Of a stretch of 64,000 nucleotides of DNA, positions 30,346 to 41,534 are shown piece after piece (position 1 is the first letter of the stretch; each line of letters begins with the position of its first letter). The DNA comes from Clostridium sp. CAG:793 (GTDB taxonomy: Bacteria; Bacillota; Clostridia; TANB77; CAG-508), in NCBI GenBank assembly GCA_000433915.1, contig HF993646.1, positions 69,357-133,356 on the forward strand, given 5' to 3'. Position numbers and translations under genes: made by a program. The notes beneath the pieces are model-generated. The model ran no database searches, was not told the DNA's origin, and saw only the letters and a list, made by a program, of their open reading frames with translations.

Positions 30346-31203
30346 ATGATTAAATTTACTAAAATGGAAGGCCTAGGCAATGACTATATTTATATAGATT
30401 GCACTAGTAAAGACATAAACAACCCATCGGAACTATCTAAAAAGATAAGTGATAGACATTTTGGAATAGGCTCAGATGGGCTTATTCTTATAAAAAAGAG
30501 TAAGATTGCAGATTTTAAAATGCAGATGTATAATAGTGATGGCTCTGAAGCTGAGATGTGCGGAAATGGCATAAGATGTGTTGGAAAGTACGTATATGAC
30601 AAAGGATTAACTAACAAGACTAACTTGAAAATAGAAACACTTGCAGGAATAAAAATACTAGAGCTTAATTTAGAAAAAGGAAAAGTTTCTACTGTAAAAG
30701 TTGATATGGGAGAACCAGTATTAAAAAGTGAAGATATTCCAATAAAAGATGGAAAGAAATTTGAATCTAAAGTGAAAAAAATCTTTTATAAAGTTAATGT
30801 TAACATAAAAGATGAACTTAGAGAACTTACATGTGTATCAATGGGAAATCCTCATGCAATAGATTTTGTAAATGATGTACAATGTACTGATGTTCATAAA
30901 TATGGTTCAATCATAGAGATAGATAAACATTTTCCTAAAAAAATCAATGCTGAATTTATTGAAATTATAGATAAGAATAATATCAAAATGAGAGTATGGG
31001 AAAGAGGAGCAGGAGAGACACTTGCGTGTGGCACAGGAGCATGTGCATCTGTAGTTGCAAGTGTGTTAAATGGATATACAGAAAGAGATGTTAATGTTAA
31101 CCTATTAGGTGGAAAGCTAAATGTAAAATGGGATAAAAATGACAACCATGTGTACATGACTGGACCAGCTAATATTGTATTTGAAGGAACAATAAATGTA
31201 TAA
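30346..31203 (+). CDS. dapF: diaminopimelate epimerase
   Basis: Two active-site Cys blocks, EMCGNG and LACGTGACA. Confidence 0.95.
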   Translation: MIKFTKMEGLGNDYIYIDCTSKDINNPSELSKKISDRHFGIGSDGLILIKKSKIADFKMQMYNSDGSEAEMCGNGIRCVGKYVYDKGLTNKTNLKIETLAGIKILELNLEKGKVSTVKVDMGEPVLKSEDIPIKDGKKFESKVKKIFYKVNVNIKDELRELTCVSMGNPHAIDFVNDVQCTDVHKYGSIIEIDKHFPKKINAEFIEIIDKNNIKMRVWERGAGETLACGTGACASVVASVLNGYTERDVNVNLLGGKLNVKWDKNDNHVYMTGPANIVFEGTINV

Positions 31204-31333
31204 AATTAACAAAATTAGAAATAATATATAATAAACCGTCCAATCGTTCGAGAGAAAAATATAAGAAGATTGGGCGTTTTTAAATCCTTTATAAAAAAAG
31301 TTGATATTTTAGTACAAATGTATTATAATATGT

Positions 31334-32374
31334 ATGGATTTAAGAGAAAAAGTGATTACGAAAGGAAGGCTTAATGTGAGTGAGGATATTGGCATTGATT
31401 TAGGAACAGCAACAGTAATTGCATATACTAAGGGTAAAGGTATTGTTTTAAGAGAACCTTCTGTAGTTGCTATTGATAGATATACTAATGAGGTTCTGGA
31501 ATATGGAAAAGAAGCTCAGAAAATGATTGGAAGAAATCCACATAATATAGATGTAATAAGACCTTTAAAGGATGGGGTTATATCTAATTTTACTGTGACG
31601 GCTAAAATGTTAAAGCATTTTATAAAAAAATCTTTGGTAAAGTCATTTTTCGCACCTAGAGTTATGATTTGCGTTCCATCACAAATTACTGAAGTAGAAA
31701 AAAGAGCTGTAATTGATGTTGCTATGCAAGCAGGAGCAAAAAAAGTTTATTTAATTGAAGAGCCTGTTGCAGCTGCAATAGGAGCTGGAATAGATATTTC
31801 TAAACCATCAGGAAATCTTGTCGTTGATATTGGAGGAGGAACAACTGATGTTGCTGTGATATCAATAGGTGGTTCTGTTGTAAGTTCATCAATAAAAATT
31901 GCAGGAAATAAGTTTGATGAGGCTATTATAAAATATGTTAAGAAAAAGTATAATGTATTAATTGGAGAAAGAACTGCTGAAGAGATAAAAATCAGCGTCG
32001 GATGTGTATATCCAATGGAATCAGATACATTTGTAAAAGTAAGAGGAAGAAATCTTGAAACTGGTTTACCAGTGGAAATAGATATATCTAATGAAGAAAT
32101 GTTAAAGGTGTTATTACCAATAGCAATGAAAATCGTGGATTGTGTAAAGACAACTATTGAGAAAGCTCCACCTGAATTAGTTGAAGACATAAGCGATAAG
32201 GGAATTTATATGACTGGTGGAGGAAGTTTATTATATGGAATGGATAAACTTTTATCAGAAAGCACAGGAATAAATGTAATGATTGCACAAGATGCGGTAT
32301 CATGTGTAGCAATTGGAACAGGAAAAGCACTTGATAATCTTGACGCACTTGATGCAAAATCAAGAAAGCAATAA
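31334..32374 (+). CDS. mreB: rod shape-determining protein MreB/Mbl
   Basis: Actin-fold motifs IGIDLGTA and DIGGGTTDVA. The real start may be the GTG at 31376 after AGGAAGG. Confidence 0.93.
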   Translation: MDLREKVITKGRLNVSEDIGIDLGTATVIAYTKGKGIVLREPSVVAIDRYTNEVLEYGKEAQKMIGRNPHNIDVIRPLKDGVISNFTVTAKMLKHFIKKSLVKSFFAPRVMICVPSQITEVEKRAVIDVAMQAGAKKVYLIEEPVAAAIGAGIDISKPSGNLVVDIGGGTTDVAVISIGGSVVSSSIKIAGNKFDEAIIKYVKKKYNVLIGERTAEEIKISVGCVYPMESDTFVKVRGRNLETGLPVEIDISNEEMLKVLLPIAMKIVDCVKTTIEKAPPELVEDISDKGIYMTGGGSLLYGMDKLLSESTGINVMIAQDAVSCVAIGTGKALDNLDALDAKSRKQ

Positions 32375-32390
32375 AATATAGGAGAAATTA

Positions 32391-32951
32391 ATGAATAGAA
32401 CCAAGAGAAAAATATTTGAAACTTCAATGAGACTCTTTGCTGAAAAGGGATATGATGGAACAAGTATTGAGGATATTACTTCAACGGTAGGAGTAGCAAA
32501 AGGAACTTTGTATTATCATTTTTCAAGTAAAGAAGAGATATTTAATTTCCTTATTGAAGAAGGAATGAATCTATTAAAAAATAGCATAAATATAAAGACT
32601 GAAAGTCAAAAAAAATACATAGATAAATTGCGAGCAATAATACTTATACAAATAAAAATAATTGTTAAATACGAAAACTTTATGGCAATGGTACTTAGTG
32701 AAGCTTGGGGAAATAGTACAAGAAGTAAGACTTGCCAGAAGTATATTAATGAATATTTAGATATAGTGAAGAATATTTTAGCTGATGGAATGGAGAAAGG
32801 CGAAATAAAGCAATTTGATGTAGAAGTTTTAGCAACTGAATTTCTAGGAATTGCATGTGGGAATTTATATTACAAGAAAACAAATAATTTAAATATAGAA
32901 AAATTATATCATGAAATTGATAAAAACTTTGTACAATCATTAAAAGTATAA
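32391..32951 (+). CDS. TetR/AcrR-family transcriptional regulator
   Basis: HTH GYDGTSIEDITSTVGVAKGTLYYHF. Confidence 0.88.
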   Translation: MNRTKRKIFETSMRLFAEKGYDGTSIEDITSTVGVAKGTLYYHFSSKEEIFNFLIEEGMNLLKNSINIKTESQKKYIDKLRAIILIQIKIIVKYENFMAMVLSEAWGNSTRSKTCQKYINEYLDIVKNILADGMEKGEIKQFDVEVLATEFLGIACGNLYYKKTNNLNIEKLYHEIDKNFVQSLKV

Positions 32952-32975
32952 ATTATTAAAAGAGAGGGAAAAGAA

Positions 32976-34856
32976 ATGATAACAAATTTCAAACTACCAA
33001 ATTTTAAATTTGGAAAAATAAAAATGGATACAGTTGAAGGCCTAGAAAATGTAAAAATTGATTATGAAAAATTGCAAAAAGATAATCTAAAAAAGAAGAG
33101 AACAGAACCATATCCAACAACAAATTATAAGACTGTAAAAGAATTTTTCTATGAATCATTGGAAAAATATCCGGATGAGGACTGTATTCTTGAGAAACCT
33201 GATCATAAAACACCTTATAAAGTTACAAATTACAGAGATTTTGGTAGAGATGTAAAGGCTCTTGGAACATCAATTATTAAGTTATTAAATTTAAAGGATA
33301 AGAGAATAATTATAATTGGTGAATCTCAATATGGGTGGTATGTATCTTATATGGCATTACTTTGTGGCGCAGGCTTAGCTGTTCCAGTTGATAGAGAATT
33401 ACCTGTAAATGAATTGGAAAACTTAATAAAGAGAAGTAAAGCAAGTGCAATTATTTATTCTCCTAAGAAAGCAGATGATATAAAGAAAATAAAAGATAAT
33501 GTTCCAGATGTAGAATATTTTATTGAAATGAAATCAGATAAAGCTATTGATGGTAAAGATGTAGGTATAAACTTCTTAATTGAAAATGGAAAAAAGATTT
33601 TAGATTCTGGAGATAATACTTTTGACAAGATTGAAATTGATCCAGAAGAATTTAAAGTATTAATATTTACATCAGGTACAACATCAAATTCAAAAGGTGT
33701 AATGCTATGTAATAGAAATTTAGCTGAAAATATAAATGCTTGTAATGCGTATGTACAGTTATATCCAACAGATATGCTATTTTCAATTTTGCCTCTACAT
33801 CATACTTATGAATCAACAATTGGTTTCTTATATCCAATGGCAAGAGGAGCATCTGTTGCTGTATGTGAAGGATTAAGATATATTGTTCCTAACTTACAAG
33901 AAGCTCATCCAACTGCAATATTAACAGTTCCACTGTTGGTAGAAAGCATATATAAGAAAATAAATGAAAGCATAAAGAAAAGTCACAAAGAAGCTATAGT
34001 TAATTCCATGATACATATTACTAATGTTTTAAAATCAGTGGGCATTGATATAAAGAAAAAAGTATTTAAAGAAATATATGATAATTTGGGTGGAAATCTT
34101 AGAATAATAGTATCTGCAGCTGCACCTATTGATAAAAAAGTAGGAAATTGGCTAGAAGATATAGGCATAACATTCTTACAAGGATATGGATTAACTGAAA
34201 CAGCTCCTATATCAGCATTAACACCAGAATATAAACCAATGGTTGGATCAGCTGGTAAAGCTATTGTTCAAGCAGATATCAAAGTAAATGATCCAAATGA
34301 AAACGGAGAAGGGGAGATTATGATAAAAACTCCAACTCTTATGCTTGGATATTATGAAGATGAAGAAGCAACTAAAGATGTAATAACAGAGGATGGATAT
34401 TTCCATTCAGGAGACATTGGATATATTGATAAGGATGGATACATATATATTACAGGAAGAATAAAAAACGTAATAGTAACTCAAAATGGTAAAAATATTT
34501 ATCCAGAAGAAATTGAAATGTTGCTAGAAAAAATACCTACAATAAAAGAAGTAATGGTATATGGTAAATCACCAGAAGGCGAAGATGCAAAGAGAAAAGA
34601 TGCTAAAGAACTTATAATTACGGCAAGAGTAATACCAAATGAAGATGAATTAAATAAAATTAAACCTAATATGACAGAACAAGAGATTCATGATACTATA
34701 TGGGAGAGCATAAAAGAAGTAAATAAAAAGCTTACATCTTATAAAGCAATAAAATGTTTAGAAATAAAACATGGTGAATTTGAAAAGACATCAACAATGA
34801 AAATAAAAAGATATAAAGAATTAAAAAAAGATGCTATTGCTAATCAGAGTAAATAA
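32976..34856 (+). CDS. long-chain fatty acid--CoA ligase (AMP-forming)
   Basis: AMP-binding motif FTSGTTSNSKGV, GYGLTET, GDIGYIDKDGY. Confidence 0.88.
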   Translation: MITNFKLPNFKFGKIKMDTVEGLENVKIDYEKLQKDNLKKKRTEPYPTTNYKTVKEFFYESLEKYPDEDCILEKPDHKTPYKVTNYRDFGRDVKALGTSIIKLLNLKDKRIIIIGESQYGWYVSYMALLCGAGLAVPVDRELPVNELENLIKRSKASAIIYSPKKADDIKKIKDNVPDVEYFIEMKSDKAIDGKDVGINFLIENGKKILDSGDNTFDKIEIDPEEFKVLIFTSGTTSNSKGVMLCNRNLAENINACNAYVQLYPTDMLFSILPLHHTYESTIGFLYPMARGASVAVCEGLRYIVPNLQEAHPTAILTVPLLVESIYKKINESIKKSHKEAIVNSMIHITNVLKSVGIDIKKKVFKEIYDNLGGNLRIIVSAAAPIDKKVGNWLEDIGITFLQGYGLTETAPISALTPEYKPMVGSAGKAIVQADIKVNDPNENGEGEIMIKTPTLMLGYYEDEEATKDVITEDGYFHSGDIGYIDKDGYIYITGRIKNVIVTQNGKNIYPEEIEMLLEKIPTIKEVMVYGKSPEGEDAKRKDAKELIITARVIPNEDELNKIKPNMTEQEIHDTIWESIKEVNKKLTSYKAIKCLEIKHGEFEKTSTMKIKRYKELKKDAIANQSK

Positions 34857-34926
34857 TTGGAATAAAAAGATTACAAAAATGTAATAAAACTATATAACGC
34901 AGATGACAAGCAAACCTTACGGAAAT

Positions 34927-34964
34927 AATATTTTGAAGAATAAAAAAATTCAAAATATTTTTTC
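34927..34964 (+). terminator. intrinsic terminator
   Basis: Stem AATATTTTGAA/TTCAAAATATT followed by a T-run. Confidence 0.7.
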
Positions 34965-35067
34965 TTTTTGCTTGACAAGTGTCTTACAGTTGTACTAAAA
35001 TTAGGATAGTAAAAATAGAAGCACTAAATACCATGCTTTACATAAATCAAAGGAGGTAAAGTTTACA

Positions 35068-35991
35068 ATGCCTAGAAGAGGGATAGTAAACGTGAGAATG
35101 GTAATCACGGAAGAAAAAATATTATCAAACATAGAAAAGGTTCAAAGACTTATAAATCCAAATAGTAAGAAGCAAATAATTGAATTAGATGATAACTCTT
35201 ACTTTAAAGATTTAGTAGAATCAATTAAAACCTATTTAATAGAATACCCTAAAAAGAAGAACTTTCCTAAGAGTGTATATGATGCTGCTTATGAATTAGT
35301 GGAATATGCTACAAATCAATTTGAAGAGAACACAAAACAAATAGAGCATTTAATAAAGCAAAGAGAGTACAATATTAAATCAGCTACAATATTAAAGCAA
35401 ACATTAGCTATAGTTCAAACACAAGATGATGAATGGAAAAAGAGTGTTAATGAAGTTAGTGATAGATTTTCAGCAGAAATAATTGAAGCTTTAAATGTTA
35501 TTGGAAAGTCTAAGAACGATAATACTGAAGCATATCAAGAAGCTGAGAAACTTGTTAATGCGCGTATTGCTAATTTGGAATCAAATCTTCATATAGAAAT
35601 CGATATGGAAAGAGTTGAAGATAGATCTAAAGCATTAAGCTACATTGGAATAGAAATAGCAGATGCTTTAAAACTAATACCAACACCGGTTGCTGAAGAA
35701 CCAAAAGTAGAGGAAGTCGCTGAACAAGCTAAAGTTGAAGAAGCTAAACCACAAACTAATAATGTAAAAGTAGCTAATACAAATGTTGCTCCTACACAAC
35801 CTGTACAAAGCAAGACACAAGCTTATGAAAACTTCTATAGTGAAACAAGAACAGAAGTTAAATCTTCTTTGTGGAATAAATTCAAAAATAGCAAATTTGT
35901 TAGAGCAGTTAAATATGCACTAAAAATTAGAGTTGTATTACAATTACCTGAAGCATTACCAGAGGGTAATTCGGATGGTATGAGAAAATAA
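35068..35991 (+). CDS. hypothetical protein (coiled-coil, Pro/Glu-rich linker)
   Basis: GGAGG RBS and host-like composition. No recognisable domain. Confidence 0.6.
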   Translation: MPRRGIVNVRMVITEEKILSNIEKVQRLINPNSKKQIIELDDNSYFKDLVESIKTYLIEYPKKKNFPKSVYDAAYELVEYATNQFEENTKQIEHLIKQREYNIKSATILKQTLAIVQTQDDEWKKSVNEVSDRFSAEIIEALNVIGKSKNDNTEAYQEAEKLVNARIANLESNLHIEIDMERVEDRSKALSYIGIEIADALKLIPTPVAEEPKVEEVAEQAKVEEAKPQTNNVKVANTNVAPTQPVQSKTQAYENFYSETRTEVKSSLWNKFKNSKFVRAVKYALKIRVVLQLPEALPEGNSDGMRK

Positions 35992-36090
35992 AATACAAAT
36001 AATGCACGTGAAAAAATATTTAAAAAAATTTCGAAAAATGTATTGACAGAATAATAAAAATATTATAAAATAAATCACGTGCTGAGATAT

Positions 36091-36167
36091 GCGCCTTTAG
36101 CTCAGCTGGTCAGAGCAACCGGCTCATAACCGGTCGGTCCAAGGTTCGAATCCTTGAAGGCGCACCA
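36091..36167 (+). tRNA. tRNA with CAU anticodon, probably tRNA-Ile2 (lysidine type) rather than initiator Met
   Basis: G1-C72 are paired and there is no GGG/CCC anticodon stem, so it is not an initiator. Loop CTCATAA. Overall it resembles Bacillus tRNA-Ile(CAU). Confidence 0.85.
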
Positions 36168-36232
36168 TTTTTTTATTATAGTCTATACATATAGTATGGA
36201 CTATAAATAAAAATTTTTAATAATTTGTTTAA

Positions 36233-36318
36233 GGGCAGATGGCCGAGTGGCTAAAGGCGGCAGACTGTAAATCTGTTCTCATTTGAGTACGATGGTTCGA
36301 ATCCATCTCTGCCCACCA
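36233..36318 (+). tRNA. tRNA-Tyr (anticodon GUA)
   Basis: 86 nt with a long variable arm, loop CTGTAAA, GGTTCGAATCC, CCA. Confidence 0.92.
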
Positions 36319-36324
36319 TTATAG

Positions 36325-36366
36325 AAATCGTAGAAATACTGAGAAATTAGTATATCTACGATTTTT
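36325..36366 (+). terminator. intrinsic terminator after the tRNA pair
   Basis: Stem AAATCGTAGA/TCTACGATTT followed by TTT. Confidence 0.65.
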
Positions 36367-36481
36367 ATAATGTAAGTTTAATACGATTGGAATGGATAAA
36401 TTAGTTTATTTTTATGTAATTTAAGCTATTTGACATTTATAAAATATCTATGTATAATACATAAATAGGGAGGATGCCAAA

Positions 36482-36820
36482 ATGAAAAATTTAAGAAATA
36501 TATTATGGGGAATTGTACTAATTGTATTAGGACTAATTATGGGAGCTAATTCATTAGGAATAATTAATGTGGAATTGTTCTTTGCTGGATGGTGGACTTT
36601 ATTCATAATTGTGCCTTGTGTAATTGGATTAATAACAGAAAAAGATAAAGCCGGATATATAGTTGGAATTATAGTAGGAGTAATTTTACTTTTGTCAAGA
36701 CAAAATGTGATTAGTACAGATATGATTTGGAAACTAGCATTACCAGTTATACTAATAATTGTAGGAATATCATTTTTCTTTAAGAATAAAGATAATTCAA
36801 ATAATGATGAAAACAAATAA
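36482..36820 (+). CDS. small polytopic membrane protein (LiaF-N-terminal-like)
   Basis: GGGAGG RBS and four hydrophobic segments. The antisense ORF 36448-36816 is rejected. Confidence 0.65.
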   Translation: MKNLRNILWGIVLIVLGLIMGANSLGIINVELFFAGWWTLFIIVPCVIGLITEKDKAGYIVGIIVGVILLLSRQNVISTDMIWKLALPVILIIVGISFFFKNKDNSNNDENK

Positions 36821-37055
36821 TAGTAAGAGAAAGCCTAAGTTTTAATAATTTAGGCTTTTTTAATATTAATAGATAAATAGAAAATATGACGATTGCAGAA
36901 GTATAAGATATAATAATATAATGAAATAGAATAGAAAAAAGGAAAGGTTTTACAGAAGAAGTTTAAATAGTATGTTTGCATTCAAATATTGACAACAAAA
37001 GTAAATAATTATATAATGTGACCATATAATTACGAATATGAAAGGATATAATAAT

Positions 37056-37982
37056 ATGGAAAAAATATTAATTACTGGACATAAAAATCCAGACACAGAT
37101 ACAATATGCTCAAGCTTAGTTATGGAAAAAATAGCAAAACATTATGGCGTAGAAGCACAAGCTGTTAGATTAGGAAAGTTAAATAAAGAAACAGAATATG
37201 TATTTAAATATTTGGGAATAGAGGCACAACCTGAAATTTCAAATGTTGAAGCAAATCAAAAACTTATATTAGTAGATCATAATGAAGCAGGTCAAAGTGT
37301 TGATGGTAGAAAAGATGCTGAAGTTATAGCTGTAATTGATCATCATAGAATAGCAGATTTTTCAACAGAATTACCATTATATTATATAGCTAAACCTGTT
37401 GGATGTACTTCAACTATTTTATATGATATATGCAAACATGAAAACATAGAAATAGACAAACAAATGGCTGTTTTAATGCTAAGTGCAATTATTTCTGATA
37501 CTTTATTATTAAAATCTCCAACATGCACAGAAAAAGATATAGAAGCATATAAAGAATTAGAAAGAATCGCTGATGTTGATGCAGCTACATATGGCTTAAA
37601 CATGTTAAAGGCTGGAACAGACATAAGCTCATATTCTTGTGAAAAAGTTATAAACTTGGATGCAAAATTATTTGAAGAAAATGGAATGAAAATAGAGATT
37701 GCACAAGTAAATACAGCAGATATTGATGATGTATTTTCTAGAAAAGAAGATTTATCATTTGCTATAGAAAAAGAAATAGCAGAAAAAGGATTAAATTTAT
37801 TCGTATTTACAATTACTGATATAATAAATACAAATTCTAAAATTATAGCTTTAGGAAAAGACAAAGATATAGTAGAAAAAGCTTTTGGAAAAAAATTAGA
37901 TAGTGATGATTCAATGCTATTAGAAGGTGTAGTATCAAGAAAGAAACAGTTAGCTCCACCAATATTATCAGTAATAAAATAA
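37056..37982 (+). CDS. ppaC: manganese-dependent inorganic pyrophosphatase (family II)
   Basis: HKNPDTDT, VIDHHR (DHH) and DHHA2 C-terminal domain. The ATG at 37056 follows AAAGGA. Confidence 0.93.
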   Translation: MEKILITGHKNPDTDTICSSLVMEKIAKHYGVEAQAVRLGKLNKETEYVFKYLGIEAQPEISNVEANQKLILVDHNEAGQSVDGRKDAEVIAVIDHHRIADFSTELPLYYIAKPVGCTSTILYDICKHENIEIDKQMAVLMLSAIISDTLLLKSPTCTEKDIEAYKELERIADVDAATYGLNMLKAGTDISSYSCEKVINLDAKLFEENGMKIEIAQVNTADIDDVFSRKEDLSFAIEKEIAEKGLNLFVFTITDIINTNSKIIALGKDKDIVEKAFGKKLDSDDSMLLEGVVSRKKQLAPPILSVIK

Positions 37983-37991
37983 TTAAGATAA

Positions 37992-38030
37992 ATAGTAACA
38001 ATTATGAAAATGATTGTTACTATTTTTTTT
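37992..38030 (+). terminator. intrinsic terminator after ppaC
   Basis: Stem ATAGTAACAAT/ATTGTTACTAT followed by T8. Confidence 0.8.
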
Positions 38031-38231
38031 GACGAAAATTGTAATAAAATGTCGATGAAAAAATAAAAAAATTACTGAAAAACTATTGACAAAATATTAC
38101 AAAAAATATATTATTAGTCCATAATTTGGCAAGCCTAATTATGGATATTTATCTTTGACGATAAAAGACTCCAACATTATACAAATACAAAAGATGCAGT
38201 AATAATTATATAATAATCGAAAGGGGTCATT

Positions 38232-39611
38232 GTGCATAAAAAAAGTATATCAAATATAAGATTTAAAGTATTGCTAATAGTTTCTGTTGTAATTCTAACT
38301 CTTCATGTTCTTAGAATAATTCAGATTTTGTATGGAGCAAATGTACTTGCACAGGAGAATACAAATGTGTCCATTGTTAAATTACAACCTGGAAGTATAT
38401 TGTATCAAAAATTAGATAATGATTTAATTCAAGTACAGCAAAATACTAAAAAAAGTCTTTTTCAAAAAGATCAGGAAGTAATCTTAGAAAATGAGGATAT
38501 AGCTGAGCCTAATAATGTTGATTCTGTAATAACTCAAATGGACGGAGATAATATGTCAATCTATTTTAATAGACCTAAGGATAATGGAACAAAGTATATT
38601 TACCTTATAACTAAAGGATCTAATAATAAAGAATTGAGTTTTTATAGTGAATCTGGTATTCAAGGATATAGTTATGCCGTTGATAATGTTTTAGAAAATC
38701 AGGCAGATACTACACTCAATAAACTCGATGAATCGGCTATTATTGTTTCTAATATTGACTACTCGAAAGACTATTATTTACATATAAGAACTATGGACAA
38801 TAGTGGAAATATTTCAAAAAATAAAACTTTTAAAATAGATATAAAATCAGATGGAATATGTGTTAAGTATGTAGACTCTAATGGAGAAATATTAGCTCCG
38901 AATGAGTATATTTATGGTGCAATTAATGATGAGTATGATGTCAAAGGGTTAGAAAAGAAGATAGATGGATACACATTCATTCATTTTGAATGTGATTATG
39001 AAGGAAAACTAACAAAAGAATGCAAAGATGTTAAATATCATTATGCCAAGAATTGTTCAATTAGGATAAAATACATAAACAAATTAAATAACAAAGAAAT
39101 AAAAGAAGATACTGTAGAAGAAGGTTACGAAAACAAGAAAATACAAATTGTTCCTAAGAAGATAAGTAATTATTATACTAATTCGAAGAATAATGAAGTC
39201 GTTTTGCAACCAGGAGAGAATATAATTAAGTTATTTTATACTCCTGTCACAAAGAACTCTACAGAAATGAAAAAAGACAATAACACTCAAAGATATATAA
39301 CTGTAAAATGTGTTGATATAGACACAAATAAGATATTAAGAAAAGACAGCGTAGTTGTTAATTCAAATAATAAAGCTGTATACAAATTAAGAAGAATCGA
39401 GGGATATCAAATAGTGAAAAACAAAGACAATTCTAATAAAAAGGATAGCTTAATTGATGAGATAATTAGTAGTATAGATACTGATAATAAATTTAATGTA
39501 AATAATGAGTTAGATTCATTAACCGAAGATGAAAAGAATATGATTGATGAACAATATGAAATTGTTATGAACTGTGATGAATCTGATTATATTATATATT
39601 ATAAAAAATAA
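38232..39611 (+). CDS. secreted/anchored protein with MucBP-like repeats
   Basis: GTG start after AAGGGG and an N-terminal signal-anchor. Repeated V/I-KY-VD...G...I blocks resemble MucBP repeats. The function call is weak. Confidence 0.55.
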   Translation: MHKKSISNIRFKVLLIVSVVILTLHVLRIIQILYGANVLAQENTNVSIVKLQPGSILYQKLDNDLIQVQQNTKKSLFQKDQEVILENEDIAEPNNVDSVITQMDGDNMSIYFNRPKDNGTKYIYLITKGSNNKELSFYSESGIQGYSYAVDNVLENQADTTLNKLDESAIIVSNIDYSKDYYLHIRTMDNSGNISKNKTFKIDIKSDGICVKYVDSNGEILAPNEYIYGAINDEYDVKGLEKKIDGYTFIHFECDYEGKLTKECKDVKYHYAKNCSIRIKYINKLNNKEIKEDTVEEGYENKKIQIVPKKISNYYTNSKNNEVVLQPGENIIKLFYTPVTKNSTEMKKDNNTQRYITVKCVDIDTNKILRKDSVVVNSNNKAVYKLRRIEGYQIVKNKDNSNKKDSLIDEIISSIDTDNKFNVNNELDSLTEDEKNMIDEQYEIVMNCDESDYIIYYKK

Positions 39612-39622
39612 TAAATGTATGG

Positions 39623-39654
39623 AAAAATAACCTATAAACATATAGGTTATTTGC
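39623..39654. terminator. bidirectional terminator
   Basis: Stem ATAACCTATA/TATAGGTTAT between convergent genes. Confidence 0.7.
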
Positions 39655-39660
39655 AAAAGA

Positions 39661-40095
39661 TTATAAGTTTTTAATAGCATCTCTAGCTAATTCGTCGCAT
39701 CGATTGTTATAATGGTTATCTGCATGTCCTTTTACTTTGTTAAAAGTGACTTTATGAATTTTGGTAAGAGAATAAAGTTCTTGCCAGAGTTCTTTATTTT
39801 TTACAGAATCACCAGAAGCTGTTTTCCATCCTTTTTGCATCCAGTTGAAAATCCAACCTTGTGTAAAAGTATTAACAACATAAGCACTATCACTATATAA
39901 TTCGACTTCACAAGGGTATTTTAAAGCTTTCAAACCTTCGATTACAGCAGTAATTTCCATTATATTATTTGTGGTATTTTTATTGCCACCGGAAATTTCC
40001 TTTTCCTTGCCATTATATATTAGTACGGCTGCCCATCCTCCGGGACCTGGATTACCTGAGCATGCACCATCTGTATATATGATAATTTTTTCCAT
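39661..40095 (-). CDS. rnhA: ribonuclease HI
   Basis: IYTDGACSGNPGPGGW, TNNIMEI, VKGHADN motifs. Confidence 0.95.
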   Translation of the reverse strand: MEKIIIYTDGACSGNPGPGGWAAVLIYNGKEKEISGGNKNTTNNIMEITAVIEGLKALKYPCEVELYSDSAYVVNTFTQGWIFNWMQKGWKTASGDSVKNKELWQELYSLTKIHKVTFNKVKGHADNHYNNRCDELARDAIKNL

Positions 40096-40205
40096 ACAAA
40101 ACCTCCAAATTAATTGAAAAAAATATGAATTTATGTTATTATATCAATAAATAACGTAGCTTTCAATAGAAAGTATGAAATAATATAAAAGAAAGGAGAA
40201 GTACA

Positions 40206-41426
40206 TTGTCGAAAATATTAGGAATAATTGCTGAATATAATCCATTTCATAATGGACATGTATATCACATACAAAATAGCAAAGAACAGGCTGGAGCAGA
40301 TTATACTGTTGCTGTAATTACAGGTAACTTTACTCAGAGAGGAAATGCAGCCATAGTGAATAAGTGGGAAAAGGCTAAGATGGCTATAAAAAGTGGAGTG
40401 GATTTAGTAATAGAACTTCCAACACTGTATAGCATATCTAGTGCGGAAAATTTTGCAAGTGGTGCGATAAAAATTCTAGATGAACTTGGAATAATTGATA
40501 GTTTGTCATTTGGAATAGAATCAAATAATATATCATTGCTTAATAATATAGCTAATGTTTTATATGAAGAACCAGTACAATATGTAAATTATTTGAAAGA
40601 TGAATTAAAACAAGGAAAATCATTTCCTAAAGCACGTGAAGAAGCAATAATCAAATATTTGAAAGATCCTAAGTATGATAATATCTTAAATGGATCAAAT
40701 AATATTTTAGCTATTGAATATCTTAAAGCTTTAAAAAAGCAAAAAAGTAAAATAACTCCGATAGGAATCCGTAGAGAAAAAGTGTATTACAATAGTAAAA
40801 AAATAATAGACGAGTATGCTAGTGCGACTGGTATTAGATATTTAATGATGAGAAAACAAATGGAGGAAGTAGCCAGAGTTGTTCCAAGTAGTAGTTTTAA
40901 TATATTGCTAGAAAATATAAAAAATGGGACTTATGTACTTGATCTTGCAAATTATTGTGACATTATAATATATAAATTAAGAAGTATGACAATAAAGGAA
41001 ATTGCAGACTTACCAGAAGTATCAGAGGGATTAGAAAATTCGATTAAACAAGCTGTTGGCAAAACTAATAATATCATTGAATTGATAAATATGATTAAGT
41101 CAAAGAGATATACTCAAACAAGAATACAACGAATAATGTTATATGCTCTTTTAAACATAAAAAAGGCTGATATGGAAATGTCAAAGGCAATAAAACCATA
41201 TGTACGAGTATTAGGATTTAATGAAAATGGTAGAAAATTATTATCAGAAATTGATCCTAGAGTAAAAGTAATTACATCAGTTAGCAAATTTGAAAGGGAG
41301 AATAGAAACAAGAAATATTCTAAAATGCTTGAAATTGATAAATATGCTACAGATGTGTATACAATAGGGTATTCAGAAGAATCAAAAACTGGTTTGGATT
41401 ATACAAATGGGTTAGTCATAATGTAA
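40206..41426 (+). CDS. tmcAL: tRNA(Met) cytidine acetate ligase / YlbM-type nucleotidyltransferase
   Basis: GIIAEYNPFHNGHVYH N-terminus (UPF0348), about 406 aa. TTG start after GGAGAAG. Confidence 0.85.
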   Translation: MSKILGIIAEYNPFHNGHVYHIQNSKEQAGADYTVAVITGNFTQRGNAAIVNKWEKAKMAIKSGVDLVIELPTLYSISSAENFASGAIKILDELGIIDSLSFGIESNNISLLNNIANVLYEEPVQYVNYLKDELKQGKSFPKAREEAIIKYLKDPKYDNILNGSNNILAIEYLKALKKQKSKITPIGIRREKVYYNSKKIIDEYASATGIRYLMMRKQMEEVARVVPSSSFNILLENIKNGTYVLDLANYCDIIIYKLRSMTIKEIADLPEVSEGLENSIKQAVGKTNNIIELINMIKSKRYTQTRIQRIMLYALLNIKKADMEMSKAIKPYVRVLGFNENGRKLLSEIDPRVKVITSVSKFERENRNKKYSKMLEIDKYATDVYTIGYSEESKTGLDYTNGLVIM

Positions 41427-41534
41427 TATTACAAAGATATTACATTATGATTATTTTTTTATTATAATTATTGAAAGAAATAGCTTAATAGAATATAATG
41501 GCATTGAAATTTAAATATAACAGGAGGAAATCCT

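Noticed and set aside
36448-36816. 122-aa minus-strand ORF opposite the small membrane protein at 36482-36820.
   Set aside because: The + strand ORF has a GGGAGG RBS, a TTGACA-17-TATAAT promoter and a terminator. The minus ORF has none of these.
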